From an uncultured Candidatus Bathyarchaeia archaeon (GTDB taxonomy: Archaea; Thermoproteota; Bathyarchaeia; Bathyarchaeales; Bathycorpusculaceae): 64,000 nt of DNA. The number at the start of each line of letters is the position of its first letter. Position 1 is the first letter of the stretch. Made by a program: the position numbers and the translations under genes. Positions 46,520-56,827 of this stretch are shown one piece after another. A model generated the notes under the pieces. It was not told where the DNA came from, did no database searches, and saw only the letters and a program-made list of their open reading frames with translations. The stretch is taken from assembly GCA_964355725.1 (NCBI GenBank), contig CAYHEV010000002.1, positions 3,189-67,188 of the forward strand, in the 5' to 3' direction.

Positions 46520-47050
46520 TTGGCACTCGACTATTGGCACAAGCTTTCCACAAGAAGAAAGAGAGTTTTTGCGATCTTGTCCTTTTTCCTTCTTTCAGTA
46601 ATCATAACCATTGCAGGAGTGTTAACTCCACTTACTGCCTCTGAAGTAACCACAAGAGAAGAAGATCTCAAGCAGCTTCGAGAAAATGTTAGCCTGCAAT
46701 ACATTTTCGGCAATAATCTAGTGATATGCCTAGTAATGTTCGTACCTGTGATAGGGCCCATTTTGGGGCTTTTCATACTGTATAACACAGGCGTTTATGT
46801 TGCTGCAGATAGCAATGCGAACAATGTGTCGCCTCTTTTGGTTTTTGCCTTTTTGTTTATCTTCCCATTTACGTGGTTGGAGTTTCTAGCATATTCAATC
46901 GCATTTGCTGAAAGTGTTTGGCTAACTTGGCGCGTAATACAACGTAAAGGCAAAAGCGAATTGATGGCTGCATCTAAGTTTGTATTAATCGTCAACGTAG
47001 CGCTGTTGCTGGCCGCAATAATAGAAACTGCTATAATTGCGTCGATTTAG
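46520..47050 (+). CDS. Four-TM membrane protein, SpoIIM-like
   Basis: 176 aa with a TTG start. IFGNNLVICLVMFVPVIGPILGLFILYNTG and WLEFLAYSIAFAES resemble the SpoIIM/DUF95 family. Confidence 0.45.
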   Translation: MALDYWHKLSTRRKRVFAILSFFLLSVIITIAGVLTPLTASEVTTREEDLKQLRENVSLQYIFGNNLVICLVMFVPVIGPILGLFILYNTGVYVAADSNANNVSPLLVFAFLFIFPFTWLEFLAYSIAFAESVWLTWRVIQRKGKSELMAASKFVLIVNVALLLAAIIETAIIASI

Positions 47051-47068
47051 TACGGTCAACAAAAAACT

Positions 47069-47929
47069 CTACGCACTGATTCTTGTAATTTCCAAACCTA
47101 TATCCAATGCCTTTGTGCTGTCTGTTATCTCGCCTAGACTTACGATGTCAACTCCAGTTGAGGCGAACGTTAAAATGTTTTCCGCTGTGATTCCGCCACT
47201 GGCTTCCAGTAGAATCTTCCCCAGACAATTTGCCTCTTCTAGTAGATTGATTGCTTTTGCTATTTGCTTTGGTGAGAAGTTGTCCAGCATGATTATGTCT
47301 GCTCCTGCTCGCACCGCTGCCAAAATGTCGTCAACTTTTGAGATTTCAACTTCAATTTTCTTACTGAATGATGAATTCTTGGCTTTCTTAATGGCTTTTT
47401 CAACGTTTCCCGCTATCGCAATGTGGTTGTCTTTAATCAAAACCATGTCATCCAAGTGTAATCTATGTGTTTCGCCTCCTCCTATGAGAACAGCTTTTTT
47501 GTCAAAATAAAGTAGCCCCGGTGCTGTTTTTCGTGTACAGGCAACCTTTGTTTTGAGTTCAGCTTTCTGAAGTCTCTCTACGAGGCTTCTTGTGTTTGTC
47601 GCAATACCGCTCATTCGTGAAAGGATGTTTAGGAGTGTGCGTTCAACTGAAAGAATCGTTCGTGCATTCCCCTGAATTTTCATCAAAATCTGTTTGGCCT
47701 TCATTTTTTCTCCGTCAGTAACCAAAGTTTCAACCTTTAGTCCCACGCTTTCCAGAAGGATTTTTGATTCTTCGATTCCTGCGGGAACTCCTGACTCTTT
47801 AGCTATTACTTTAGCTTCAGCAGTGCATTCTGCCGGAACAATCAGCGCGGTGGTTATGTCTCCTTGCCCCAAGTCTTCCACGAGCATTCTTTGAAGTTTT
47901 TCTTTCAAGATTTCGTTTGGCAGAAACAT
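47069..47929 (-). CDS. nadC: Nicotinate-nucleotide pyrophosphorylase (quinolinate phosphoribosyltransferase)
   Basis: 286 aa. CTRKTAPGL, GGGETHRLHLDDMVLIKDNH and IMLDNF motifs. Confidence 0.9.
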   Translation of the reverse strand: MFLPNEILKEKLQRMLVEDLGQGDITTALIVPAECTAEAKVIAKESGVPAGIEESKILLESVGLKVETLVTDGEKMKAKQILMKIQGNARTILSVERTLLNILSRMSGIATNTRSLVERLQKAELKTKVACTRKTAPGLLYFDKKAVLIGGGETHRLHLDDMVLIKDNHIAIAGNVEKAIKKAKNSSFSKKIEVEISKVDDILAAVRAGADIIMLDNFSPKQIAKAINLLEEANCLGKILLEASGGITAENILTFASTGVDIVSLGEITDSTKALDIGLEITRISA

Positions 47930-47965
47930 ATCTATTCCTCTTGATGTTTACCTTAAAATATTTGT

Positions 47966-49141
47966 TTATTTCTTTGCGTTTTCGACTATGCTTTTGACGG
48001 CATTTTCCAGGCCGTCATATGATGATACTTTTTCCTGAACATCTCTAGCCTTTTCAGGCGTACCATTTTCCAAGATTTGTTTGACATTTGCTAGGAGTAT
48101 TTCCTTGGTTAGGTCTTTTTGGAGGATGATTTTCGCGATACCAAAGTCTCTGGCCTGTTTTGCATTGTTGAGCTGCTCCGTGTGATTTGATGTTGGTATA
48201 AGTATAATTGGTTTACCATAGCACATACACTGCGTTAATGTTCCATGTCCGGCACGCCCTATTACCAAATCACAAGCTTTTAAATATTCAAAACGATTTG
48301 GAATCCAATCATAAATTGTCACGTTACCGCGGCGTTTTGGTTTGTTCTTGGCTTTTGGAAAGCCTAAAGAAGCCACAACCTCATAGTCTTCTGGAAATTG
48401 CAGCAAAATCTTGCTCAAGATCTCTGTTAAGAAAGCTTTTTCGTTGGTTGGACCGCTTATAGCGGCAAGAATGACTGGCTTGTCCGTTGGCAACTTTAGT
48501 TTATTGCGTAGTTCTTTTTCGGCGGGTAGATCTTTTGAATGCACAGACAATATCGGTCCTATCAGCCTCACATTTTTTCTATAGGATTTTGGAATGCTCA
48601 GATTGCCCGCGCTTATCGTGTATGGTTGGGGAAAATCTGGTATCAGAACAGTATTTCCACTAGTCCACACCTTACCTACAAGTGTGAGGGTTATGTAGTC
48701 TGCAAGTCTTGCCAACCGCAAAAATCGCTTTCTTCTGGGAATCATTACTTGAAATTGGTTCAAAATACATATTCTCGGCATCCCCAAGATTCTCGCTGCC
48801 ACTAGCGGAGAGGCGCGAGAGTCCGCCACAACAATGTCCGGCTTGAAACTCTGGATAGCTTTCAGTTCAGCGGTAACTTGTCTTAGAAAAGTAAAATATG
48901 AAAGGAATGGACCTGGATTGACTGCCGTTTGTCTAAAGTCCACTGACCCGTCTGGCTTGACTTGAAATCCAATGGAAGGAGCCTTTATTAGTGGAAGTTT
49001 TTCGTGTTCTATGTAGCCTATACCGTCGCTATATGTGGAAAACATTACCTTCGCGTTTCTTTCTAGGAGTTTCCTTGCTATTGGAACGCTTCTTCCAACG
49101 TGGCCTAAACCGATGCCGCAGGGAGCAAAATAAACCCGCAT
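47966..49141 (-). CDS. GT-B glycosyltransferase (MurG/UDP-glycosyltransferase-like)
   Basis: The protein begins MRVYFAPCGIGLGHVGR at the internal ATG at 49141, which removes the overlap with AMMECR1. C-terminal GRAGHGTLTQCMCYGKP nucleotide-sugar motif. Confidence 0.7.
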   Translation of the reverse strand: MRVYFAPCGIGLGHVGRSVPIARKLLERNAKVMFSTYSDGIGYIEHEKLPLIKAPSIGFQVKPDGSVDFRQTAVNPGPFLSYFTFLRQVTAELKAIQSFKPDIVVADSRASPLVAARILGMPRICILNQFQVMIPRRKRFLRLARLADYITLTLVGKVWTSGNTVLIPDFPQPYTISAGNLSIPKSYRKNVRLIGPILSVHSKDLPAEKELRNKLKLPTDKPVILAAISGPTNEKAFLTEILSKILLQFPEDYEVVASLGFPKAKNKPKRRGNVTIYDWIPNRFEYLKACDLVIGRAGHGTLTQCMCYGKPIILIPTSNHTEQLNNAKQARDFGIAKIILQKDLTKEILLANVKQILENGTPEKARDVQEKVSSYDGLENAVKSIVENAKK

Positions 49142-49145
49142 GAGG

Positions 49146-49772
49146 TTATTTCCCGCCAATGGTCTTACGTCTGATTTCTCCCTTTGGTTTCTCCTCTTCA
49201 AAGATTATGGCGTGAAACTTTTGAATCTTGGTTCCTGCAAGCAACCAGCAGTCTGCAGGCAATCCTGCCTTGACACTACATTCACATAAAAATTCTTCTT
49301 CATCCCATCCCAATTCAACAGGTACTTGTGGCAAAAGCAAGCCTTTGAACATGCCTTTTTCAACGATCAATCCATCTTCGCCAACCTTTATTTTTGAAGG
49401 ATACTCGGTTGGCTTGTTTACTTCCACCTTTTCCGGAGGAGTAAGAACACTCAACTCAAAAACTACCTTGTCAAGATCGCTTGATGAAAGCGGTTGGAAG
49501 CGTGGGTCTTGCGTTGCCGAGCTTATGGCTGCTTCAATAACTGCCTGGGCCAGTGGAGTGGTTGGGTATGGAAGACCGATGCATCCTCTGAGGCTTTCAT
49601 GTCCGTTTTTCATGCTGTTTATTGTTACAAATACTCCGCAGAGTTGTAGCAGTTTCTTGGGCGTATCTTCTGGCACGTTGATGGTTTTCCTAATTTTCAC
49701 GTATTCTTCTGCGGCTCCACGTGCAAGCTTGACTAGGAACTCACCTTCTTGTTGGTTCAGTTCAAACGCCAA
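49146..49772 (-). CDS. AMMECR1 domain protein
   Basis: 208 aa. LRGCIG motif and DPRF. Confidence 0.85.
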   Translation of the reverse strand: MAFELNQQEGEFLVKLARGAAEEYVKIRKTINVPEDTPKKLLQLCGVFVTINSMKNGHESLRGCIGLPYPTTPLAQAVIEAAISSATQDPRFQPLSSSDLDKVVFELSVLTPPEKVEVNKPTEYPSKIKVGEDGLIVEKGMFKGLLLPQVPVELGWDEEEFLCECSVKAGLPADCWLLAGTKIQKFHAIIFEEEKPKGEIRRKTIGGK

Positions 49773-49851
49773 TCCGGGCTCCCCCGTTCGATGGTCATAA
49801 CTTGTTGTGCAGAGGTTAAGGTTTAAACCTTTGGAAAAGTAAGGATAAATT

Positions 49852-50472
49852 CTAGAACTTTACAGTTTCTTCCTGTGTTCCTTCCTTGGTTATTAGTAGG
49901 ATGTCTATACCGTCGCCACTCATGATGTCTCTGCTTATGGCTGATTTTATTGATCTGACGACGAGGTCTTTGGCTTCATCCATGGTCATGTCTTCCTTAT
50001 AGCCTTCTTCAAGCACTCCTATGGCGATTTCTGTTCCAGAACCTACGACCGTATACTTGTCTGGTATTAATGAGCCCAAAACGTCCAGTACGTAGATGGT
50101 TGCTCCTTCGTCGTCGACGCCGCCGATGATTGTCTGCGTGATCAATGGTGCGTAACGAGTGTTAAACAGCAGATTTGACATGAGTTTGGCTGTAGCTCTA
50201 ACGGAGATTGATCTGCCAACATCCAAACCGAACAGGTTCACGTATGCCTCAACCTGTCTTACGAGGATCTGCATGTCTGAAACGAGCCCTGCGCACGCAG
50301 CGCCTATGCTGCCTGTTATTTTGAAGACTTTCTTGCCACCTTTGCTGACAATAAGATAACCGTATGAAACACGTTTCTCAGAAGCCAATATGACGCCGTC
50401 TTTACATACCACACCGATGGTAGTTGCGCCGGGAATCCAAGCGTACCCGCCTTGTTGCGCTTGTTTTTCCAT
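49852..50472 (-). CDS. psmB: Proteasome subunit beta
   Basis: 206 aa. Propeptide followed by the GATTIGVVCKDGVILA active-site Thr context. Confidence 0.9.
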   Translation of the reverse strand: MEKQAQQGGYAWIPGATTIGVVCKDGVILASEKRVSYGYLIVSKGGKKVFKITGSIGAACAGLVSDMQILVRQVEAYVNLFGLDVGRSISVRATAKLMSNLLFNTRYAPLITQTIIGGVDDEGATIYVLDVLGSLIPDKYTVVGSGTEIAIGVLEEGYKEDMTMDEAKDLVVRSIKSAISRDIMSGDGIDILLITKEGTQEETVKF

Positions 50473-50552
50473 GATAATTCACCTTTGCCGTTTTTATACA
50501 CGGACAACCTATTAAACTTAATGTCCTATAATACGTTAGAAGGCGACGTGAA

Positions 50553-51143
50553 ATGCAGGGAATTTACACTAAAGAACTTGGCAGTGTCTGGTTTGGCGTT
50601 GCATGCGATGAAAAGCAAGTTTACGCTACAACGTTTACTTTCGATGAGAAAGTTGCTCTGAAAAGCCTTCTGGGCAGTATACCCTCTTATATTCACTTCC
50701 AACATTCAAAGCAAGTTTCTGGTTTCGCTGAACAAGTCATAGCAGTGTTGAAGGAGTTTTATGATGGAAATGGAGAGTCTTTCCGCTTTTCTTTGGCCAT
50801 GGAGCATCTGCCAAATTACACGAGAAGTGTCCTTGAGGCTACCTCTCTTATTCCCTTAGGCTATGCGGCGTCTTATGGTTCAATTGCTGAGGCTACTGGT
50901 GGGGGTGCTAGGGCAGTAGGCAATATTATGGCTTCGAATCCTTTTCCACCGATTGTTCCGTGTCATAGAGTAGTCAGATCAGATTTGACATTGGGCGGAT
51001 ATGGAGGCGGTTTGGATTTGAAGCTTCAAATTCTAGAGCGTGAAAAGAGAGGGTTTGATTCCAAGCTGGAGATTCCAGTTAAAGACAAAAAATTGTCAGT
51101 TTTCCCGATAGAGTTTGTGTTAAAAAGATTGAAAAAGGGTTAG
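50553..51143 (+). CDS. ogt: Methylated-DNA-protein-cysteine methyltransferase
   Basis: 196 aa. VPCHRVV active-site motif and YGSIAEATG. Confidence 0.8.
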   Translation: MQGIYTKELGSVWFGVACDEKQVYATTFTFDEKVALKSLLGSIPSYIHFQHSKQVSGFAEQVIAVLKEFYDGNGESFRFSLAMEHLPNYTRSVLEATSLIPLGYAASYGSIAEATGGGARAVGNIMASNPFPPIVPCHRVVRSDLTLGGYGGGLDLKLQILEREKRGFDSKLEIPVKDKKLSVFPIEFVLKRLKKG

Positions 51144-51373
51144 CTGCTGATTCCTTGACTCGTGAAAAATGAGATTTCAGTGGATGAAACTTTCTTGACA
51201 ACATGCACATGAAAAATGAAATTGCAATTAACAATGCTAGAAAGAACTGTTTGTTGGGTATTCTGGAATTATGTCTGGTGAAATACGCATTACTGTGAGT
51301 GCTGCGACTTTTAAGTGGTCTGCAATATCAAACCCAGCTTATAAGGCAGTTCAAACAAAACAGTATACTTGGG

Positions 51374-51907
51374 ATGGTCTCTTTGGTCAAACGTGGACTT
51401 TATGTTGGCAGATTCCAGCCTTTTCATCTTGGTCATCTAAACGTGGTGAAAGGCATTCTTGAAGAGGTTGACGAACTGGTAGTAGTTGTCGGCAGCGCTC
51501 AGTATAGTCACAAGCTTGATAATCCGTTTACGGCAGGCGAAAGGTTGACAATGATTCGGAACGCCTTAAATGGAGCGGAGATAGATTATGGACGTGTCTG
51601 GGTTGTGCCTGTGCCTGACATGCACTTACACATGATGTGGGTTTCCGCTGTGAAGGGCTACACTCCACATTTTGACGTTGTCTATTCCAATGAACCGCTA
51701 ACGAGGAGACTGTTCACAGAGGCTGGATATGACGTCAAAGCTGTGCGTTTTTATGATAGGAAATTGTATGCGTCGACCCAAATTAGGGAGAAGATGCTTA
51801 AGGGCGAAAGCTGGGAAAAGTTTGTGCCTAAAAATGTGGCTGCCTTCATAAAAGACATAGACGGCGTTAATAGACTTCGGGACCTCAACAAGAGCGACAA
51901 GATGTGA
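51374..51907 (+). CDS. Nicotinamide-nucleotide adenylyltransferase (archaeal type)
   Basis: GLYVGRFQPFHLGHL motif right after the internal ATG at 51374. The track start at 51299 adds an implausible leader. Confidence 0.85.
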   Translation: MVSLVKRGLYVGRFQPFHLGHLNVVKGILEEVDELVVVVGSAQYSHKLDNPFTAGERLTMIRNALNGAEIDYGRVWVVPVPDMHLHMMWVSAVKGYTPHFDVVYSNEPLTRRLFTEAGYDVKAVRFYDRKLYASTQIREKMLKGESWEKFVPKNVAAFIKDIDGVNRLRDLNKSDKM

Positions 51908-52067
51908 CTTTTGGCACTATTTGATTGTAATCTACAACATTCTGATAGAAAAAGCTGCTAATCACAGCTTCGTCGAATGGTTGCTCTCATCGTAAGGTTA
52001 AATAGCCTATTTTAGGCTAAGCTTAGAAGACTAAAACCGAATTCGTGTAGTACTGTAAGTGAGTAGT

Positions 52068-53357
52068 ATGCTTGACATTAGACTCATCCGCGAAAATCCG
52101 GATCTAATAAGACACAACTTGCTGAAGAGAGCAGACCCTAGAAATCTGAAAATGCTTGATGAACTTATCGCTTGTGACCAGAAATGGCGCGAGGGTCTGA
52201 CGAAACTGAATAATCTCCGTCATGAGAGAAGAACAATAACTGCAGAAATTGCAGCGTTGAAAAAGACCCAAAAAGATGCGACTAAGGAGCTTGTGAAAGC
52301 GAAAATGGTTGACGAGGGGCTTACTACGCTCGAAAGGCAAGTCAGCGAGTATGAAGCGAAAGCGCATGGCTACCTCTTGCGACTGCCCAACCTTTTACAT
52401 GAAACTGTTCCACAGGGTAAAGATGAAACCGACAACGCCCAAATAAGAACATGGGGTAAGATACCAAAATTCAACTTTACACCTAAAGACCACATAGACT
52501 TGGCCCTAGGCTTAGACATAGTTGACATTGAAAGGGCCGGAAAAATCGCTGGAGCCAGATTCTTCTATCTGAAAAATGAAGGCGTACTCCTCGACATGGC
52601 CATATTATGCTTCGCATTAGACGAAATAGCCCAGAAAGGCTACAAACCCATCGAACCGCCATACTTAATGAGACGAGAACCTTACGAAGGCGTCGTAGCC
52701 TTAAGCGACTTCGAAGATGTACTGTATAAGGTTGAAAACGAGGACCTTTACCTAATCGCAACCTCGGAACATCCGATGGCTGCCATGTTTATGAACGAAA
52801 CCCTAAAAGCCGAAAACCTACCGCTCAAGTTCGCTGGTTTAAGTACAAACTTCAGAAAAGAGGCAGGCGCTCATGGTAAGGACACGCGCGGAATCTTCCG
52901 AACACACCAGTTCAACAAAATTGAACAGTTCGTTTTCTGCAAACCCGAAAACTCATGGAAAATCCACGAAGAACTGATAGACAACGCTGAGGAACTTGCC
53001 AGAAAACTCGGGCTACCATACCGCGTCGTGAACGTTTGCACAGGCGACATTGGAACAGTTGCAGCGAAGAAATACGATATAGAAGCATGGATGCCCGCGC
53101 AAAATGCTTATCGCGAACTAGGCTCATGCAGCAACTGTACAGACTATCAAGCCAGACGTCTAAACATAAAATACCGCGAAAAAGAAGGCGAAGCACCCAA
53201 AGGATTGGTGCACACTTTGAATTCGACCGCCTTAGCAACAGGCAGAACAATCGTAGCTATACTAGAAAATTATCAGCAAAAAGACGGTTCAGTAATCATA
53301 CCGGAAGTTTTAAGAAAATACATGGGCGGCATAGAGAAAATAGAACCCGAACGGTAA
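52068..53357 (+). CDS. serS: Seryl-tRNA synthetase
   Basis: MLDIRLIRENPD N-terminus at ATG 52068. Class II motifs FRKEAGAHGKDTRGIFRTHQFNKIEQF and GRTIVAILENYQ. Confidence 0.92.
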   Translation: MLDIRLIRENPDLIRHNLLKRADPRNLKMLDELIACDQKWREGLTKLNNLRHERRTITAEIAALKKTQKDATKELVKAKMVDEGLTTLERQVSEYEAKAHGYLLRLPNLLHETVPQGKDETDNAQIRTWGKIPKFNFTPKDHIDLALGLDIVDIERAGKIAGARFFYLKNEGVLLDMAILCFALDEIAQKGYKPIEPPYLMRREPYEGVVALSDFEDVLYKVENEDLYLIATSEHPMAAMFMNETLKAENLPLKFAGLSTNFRKEAGAHGKDTRGIFRTHQFNKIEQFVFCKPENSWKIHEELIDNAEELARKLGLPYRVVNVCTGDIGTVAAKKYDIEAWMPAQNAYRELGSCSNCTDYQARRLNIKYREKEGEAPKGLVHTLNSTALATGRTIVAILENYQQKDGSVIIPEVLRKYMGGIEKIEPER

Positions 53358-53408
53358 AACTTTTAATACTCTGATGTGAATTCTCAAGCTGCATTTCGGA
53401 GGATAAAA

Positions 53409-54005
53409 GTGTCTTCAAAAACTAAGAAAGTACGGGATAAATGGCGAAGCAAAACATGGTACATGGTAATGGCCCCACCGTACTTCGGAAACATCGAGTT
53501 GGGAGCAGTGCCAGCCGACGAACCAGAGAAACTGATTGGAAGAGTAATTGACTCAACCCTCTACGATATTACAAACGATTTCAGTCATCAATATTTGAAG
53601 ATGTATTTCCAAGTAACCGAAATCGACGGCAAAACCGCCAAAACCCTCTTTAAAGGACATGAATATTCACGAGATTATCTGCGAAGCCTCGTCAGAAGGA
53701 GGACCACAAAAGTCGACGGCATATTTACAATCATCACAAAGGACGGATACAAACTTCAAATCGCCGTCTCCGCTTTCACTCTCTCACGGATCAAGACGTC
53801 ACAAGAGAAAGACATACGCGTCATAATGGAAAAAATAATTAAAGACAAAGCCACCACACTAACGATGGATCAATTTGCACAAGAAATAGTTCTTGGAAAA
53901 ATAGCCTCAGACATATACAACACCGCAAAGAAAATAGCACCACTAAGACACGTAGGCATTAGAAAATCAAAGCTCGTAATGAAACTGGAACAGTTACAAG
54001 CCTAG
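53409..54005 (+). CDS. rps3ae: 30S ribosomal protein S3Ae (eS1)
   Basis: KKVRDKWRSKTWYMVMAPPYF motif. I prefer the GTG at 53409, preceded by GGAGG, over the track start at 53376. Confidence 0.85.
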   Translation: MSSKTKKVRDKWRSKTWYMVMAPPYFGNIELGAVPADEPEKLIGRVIDSTLYDITNDFSHQYLKMYFQVTEIDGKTAKTLFKGHEYSRDYLRSLVRRRTTKVDGIFTIITKDGYKLQIAVSAFTLSRIKTSQEKDIRVIMEKIIKDKATTLTMDQFAQEIVLGKIASDIYNTAKKIAPLRHVGIRKSKLVMKLEQLQA

Positions 54006-54547
54006 GTTTTCAGAAGATTTTTGCCACATTCATAACCTTTTTCAAAAGCTTTCAGGTTTAGTTCTTCTGTACCTTTAGGTATATTCTCTTTAATTGACTC
54101 CTTGATGACCTCTCCATTCAACAAGTTTGTTATTGCCGTAAATGCGCCTAGCATAACGATGTTTGCAACTATTTTCTTGCCTAGTTCGTCTGCAAATCTC
54201 GTGGCAGGAATTCGAAAGACTTTCACGTTCGCAATTTCTTTTTCATGCGGGATCATATCAGGATCAATAATTATTGTTCCGCCAAGCTTCACGTCTCCGA
54301 CATAATCATTGTAGGCATGTTGAGACATTACAACCAACACGTCAGGCTCAACAACTTTGGGGAAATCAATTTCCTCCTCTGATATGACAACTTCAGACTT
54401 GCACGCTCCGCCTCTTGACTCCGGACCATAAGATTGTGTTTGAACTGCATTCTTCCCTCCATGAATAGATGCAGCTGCAGCCACAATTATTCCAGATTTA
54501 ATTATGCCTTGACCGCCAAACCCTGCAAATCTAACTTCTATTCGCAT
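54002..54547 (-). CDS. korG: 2-oxoacid:ferredoxin oxidoreductase gamma subunit
   Basis: 181 aa. GFGGQGI motif. Last gene of a D-A-B-G gene order. Confidence 0.8.
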   Translation of the reverse strand: MRIEVRFAGFGGQGIIKSGIIVAAAASIHGGKNAVQTQSYGPESRGGACKSEVVISEEEIDFPKVVEPDVLVVMSQHAYNDYVGDVKLGGTIIIDPDMIPHEKEIANVKVFRIPATRFADELGKKIVANIVMLGAFTAITNLLNGEVIKESIKENIPKGTEELNLKAFEKGYECGKNLLKT

Positions 54548-54553
54548 GTCGCC

Positions 54554-55393
54554 TCACCATTCCATAGTTTTCTCGTTTATGTGAGCTATTTTCTCGTGGA
54601 GTAACTTTTCATAGCTCACTTTTTCTATGTTCGAAAATTCGCCCACAACTATCTTGTCTGGTGTAATATCCGCTTTCGATGGGTCAGAAAAGTTTTCAAC
54701 TACAGAAGCCCTTCTGAACCACTCCATCATCTCAAGCGGTGAACGCATCTTGTTGCGACGGCCAAAAATCTCCGGACAAGGTGAAACAACTTCAATGAAA
54801 CCAAACCCTTCCTTCTGTAGCAACTTCTTGATAGACTGTGTCAGTCTCCGCACGTGCAGTGTTGTCCATCTGGCCACATATGTTGCGCCGGACGCAGCCG
54901 CCAAATGAACAAGGTTGAACGGGTGTTCAATGTTCCCATAAGGCGTGGTCGCTGTCAATCCCCCAATCGGTGTCGTTGGGCCTTGCTGGCCCCCAGTCAT
55001 TCCGTAGTTGAAGTTGTTCGCACAGATCACTTTTATTCCTATGTTCCTGCGTGCTGCATGAATAAAGTGGTTTCCTCCTATTGCAAAGAGGTCGCCGTCC
55101 CCGCTTATGATCACAACTTCCAATTCCGGATTCGCCAGCTTCACACCTGTTGCAAAGGCTATTGCGCGTCCATGTGTGGTGTGGAAAGAATCTGCGTTAG
55201 TGTATCCAGCTGCGCGTCCAATGCAACCGATACCTGAGACAACCACTAATTTATCTAAATCTTCTTGCAACTCGTCTAGTGCGTGAACGAAACAATTGAG
55301 TACAATGCCGTTGCCACAACCTGGACACCAGATGTGAGGCATCATTGCTTGTCTTAGATACTTTGAAAAAGGGTGCACTGTTTCCTGAACCAT
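54554..55393 (-). CDS. korB: 2-oxoacid:ferredoxin oxidoreductase beta subunit (TPP)
   Basis: 279 aa. WCPGCGNG and GDGDLFAIGGNH TPP motifs. Confidence 0.85.
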   Translation of the reverse strand: MVQETVHPFSKYLRQAMMPHIWCPGCGNGIVLNCFVHALDELQEDLDKLVVVSGIGCIGRAAGYTNADSFHTTHGRAIAFATGVKLANPELEVVIISGDGDLFAIGGNHFIHAARRNIGIKVICANNFNYGMTGGQQGPTTPIGGLTATTPYGNIEHPFNLVHLAAASGATYVARWTTLHVRRLTQSIKKLLQKEGFGFIEVVSPCPEIFGRRNKMRSPLEMMEWFRRASVVENFSDPSKADITPDKIVVGEFSNIEKVSYEKLLHEKIAHINEKTMEW

Positions 55394-56553
55394 TAAGTAC
55401 TCCTCCTTATCACTTCAAGGATCTCTCCGGGTGTATGTGGGTCTTCACCCAATTTCGATAGAAAGGCTACGGGGGTTTCTTTAGCAGTTCTCTCGACTTC
55501 CCGCACCAGTTGTCCACAATTCATTTCTGGCATAACAATTGCCTTAGCTTGTGCAGCTATCTTTGCAACTTGCTTTTCTGGGAAAGGCCAAAGCGTAACC
55601 AAACGTAGAAGTCCAGCTTTTATTCCAGCGGTTCTCGCTTTTCTCACAGCGCTCAAAGCGGCTCTTGCAACTATTCCATAAGCGACGACAACTACGTCGG
55701 CATCTTCAAGCATTGTTTCTTCAGTCTTTATTATTTTGTCAGCGTTTCTGCTTATCTTTTCACAGAGTCTCTTTACAAGCGCAGATTGAACGTCTGAACT
55801 TTGCGTCTTTGGATAACCATATTCATCATGTGTTAAACCTGTAGCGTGAAAACGGTACCCTTCTCCGAAACAAGCCATGGGCGGAACCAAATTGTCGTCC
55901 GGCATAAACGGTCCATACTTATCTGGTGAAACATGCGGCTTTTTTCGAGTCAGTATCTTCATTTCAGACGCGGAAGGTATTACAACTTTTTCCCACATGT
56001 GCGCCACGATCTCATCCCCCATCAGAAGGGTCGGAACTCTGTAGGTTTCAGACAGGTTGAACGCTTCAAGAGTTAAATCAAACATTTCCTGAACAGAAGA
56101 AGGTGACAAGGCAATGATTCCATAATCTCCATGAGAACCCCACTTCGCCTGCATCACATCTTGCTGACCTGGCAAAGTGGGTTGTCCAGTGCTCGGTCCG
56201 CCACGCATGATATCCACTATCACACAGGGAGTTTCGGTCATAACAGCCAATCCTATGTTTTCCTGCATCAAACTGAAACCTGGCCCAGAGGTGGCGGTCA
56301 TCGCTTTCAAGCCAGCATAGGAAGCACCAATTACAGCCGCTATGGAGGCGATTTCATCTTCCATTTGTATGTAGATTCCGCCGAATTCCGGCATTCTTTC
56401 CGACAAGTGTTCAGCAATCTCTGTCGCTGGCGTAATCGGATAACCTGCAAAAAATCTGCAGCCAGCCGCTATTGCTCCTTCTGCGCATGCAACATCGCCA
56501 TTCATGAAGTGAGCGCCTGTTAATAACGTTCTTTTTCCAGTCATTCTCAACAT
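55393..56553 (-). CDS. korA: 2-oxoacid:ferredoxin oxidoreductase alpha subunit
   Basis: 386 aa. GYPITPATE motif. Its stop overlaps the korB ATG by 1 nt. Confidence 0.85.
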   Translation of the reverse strand: MLRMTGKRTLLTGAHFMNGDVACAEGAIAAGCRFFAGYPITPATEIAEHLSERMPEFGGIYIQMEDEIASIAAVIGASYAGLKAMTATSGPGFSLMQENIGLAVMTETPCVIVDIMRGGPSTGQPTLPGQQDVMQAKWGSHGDYGIIALSPSSVQEMFDLTLEAFNLSETYRVPTLLMGDEIVAHMWEKVVIPSASEMKILTRKKPHVSPDKYGPFMPDDNLVPPMACFGEGYRFHATGLTHDEYGYPKTQSSDVQSALVKRLCEKISRNADKIIKTEETMLEDADVVVVAYGIVARAALSAVRKARTAGIKAGLLRLVTLWPFPEKQVAKIAAQAKAIVMPEMNCGQLVREVERTAKETPVAFLSKLGEDPHTPGEILEVIRRST

Positions 56554-56825
56554 CCCTCCTCACATGGTTTTTCAACAACGAAAATTGCAAAATCTGGACA
56601 AACCGCAGTGCAAAAGCTGCATACGATACATTTACTCTCGTCAACAATTCTAGGCGGATTAACTCCTCTTGCATTGATTTCTTGCGATTCTTCTAGAACC
56701 TTTTTCGGACAGAATTTGATGCAATAACCACATCCTTTGCACTGATCCTTGATTAAGTGGATCTCTGCTTTTGGTTGCTTCACGTTTTTGCTGTCAAGTG
56801 GTGGGTGCTTAATTCTTTCCGGCAT
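56547..56825 (-). CDS. korD: 2-oxoacid:ferredoxin oxidoreductase delta subunit (ferredoxin)
   Basis: 92 aa. CKGCGYCIKFCP and CIVCSFCTAVCP motifs. 7-nt overlap with korA. Confidence 0.8.
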   Translation of the reverse strand: MPERIKHPPLDSKNVKQPKAEIHLIKDQCKGCGYCIKFCPKKVLEESQEINARGVNPPRIVDESKCIVCSFCTAVCPDFAIFVVEKPCEEGC

Positions 56826-56827
56826 AA

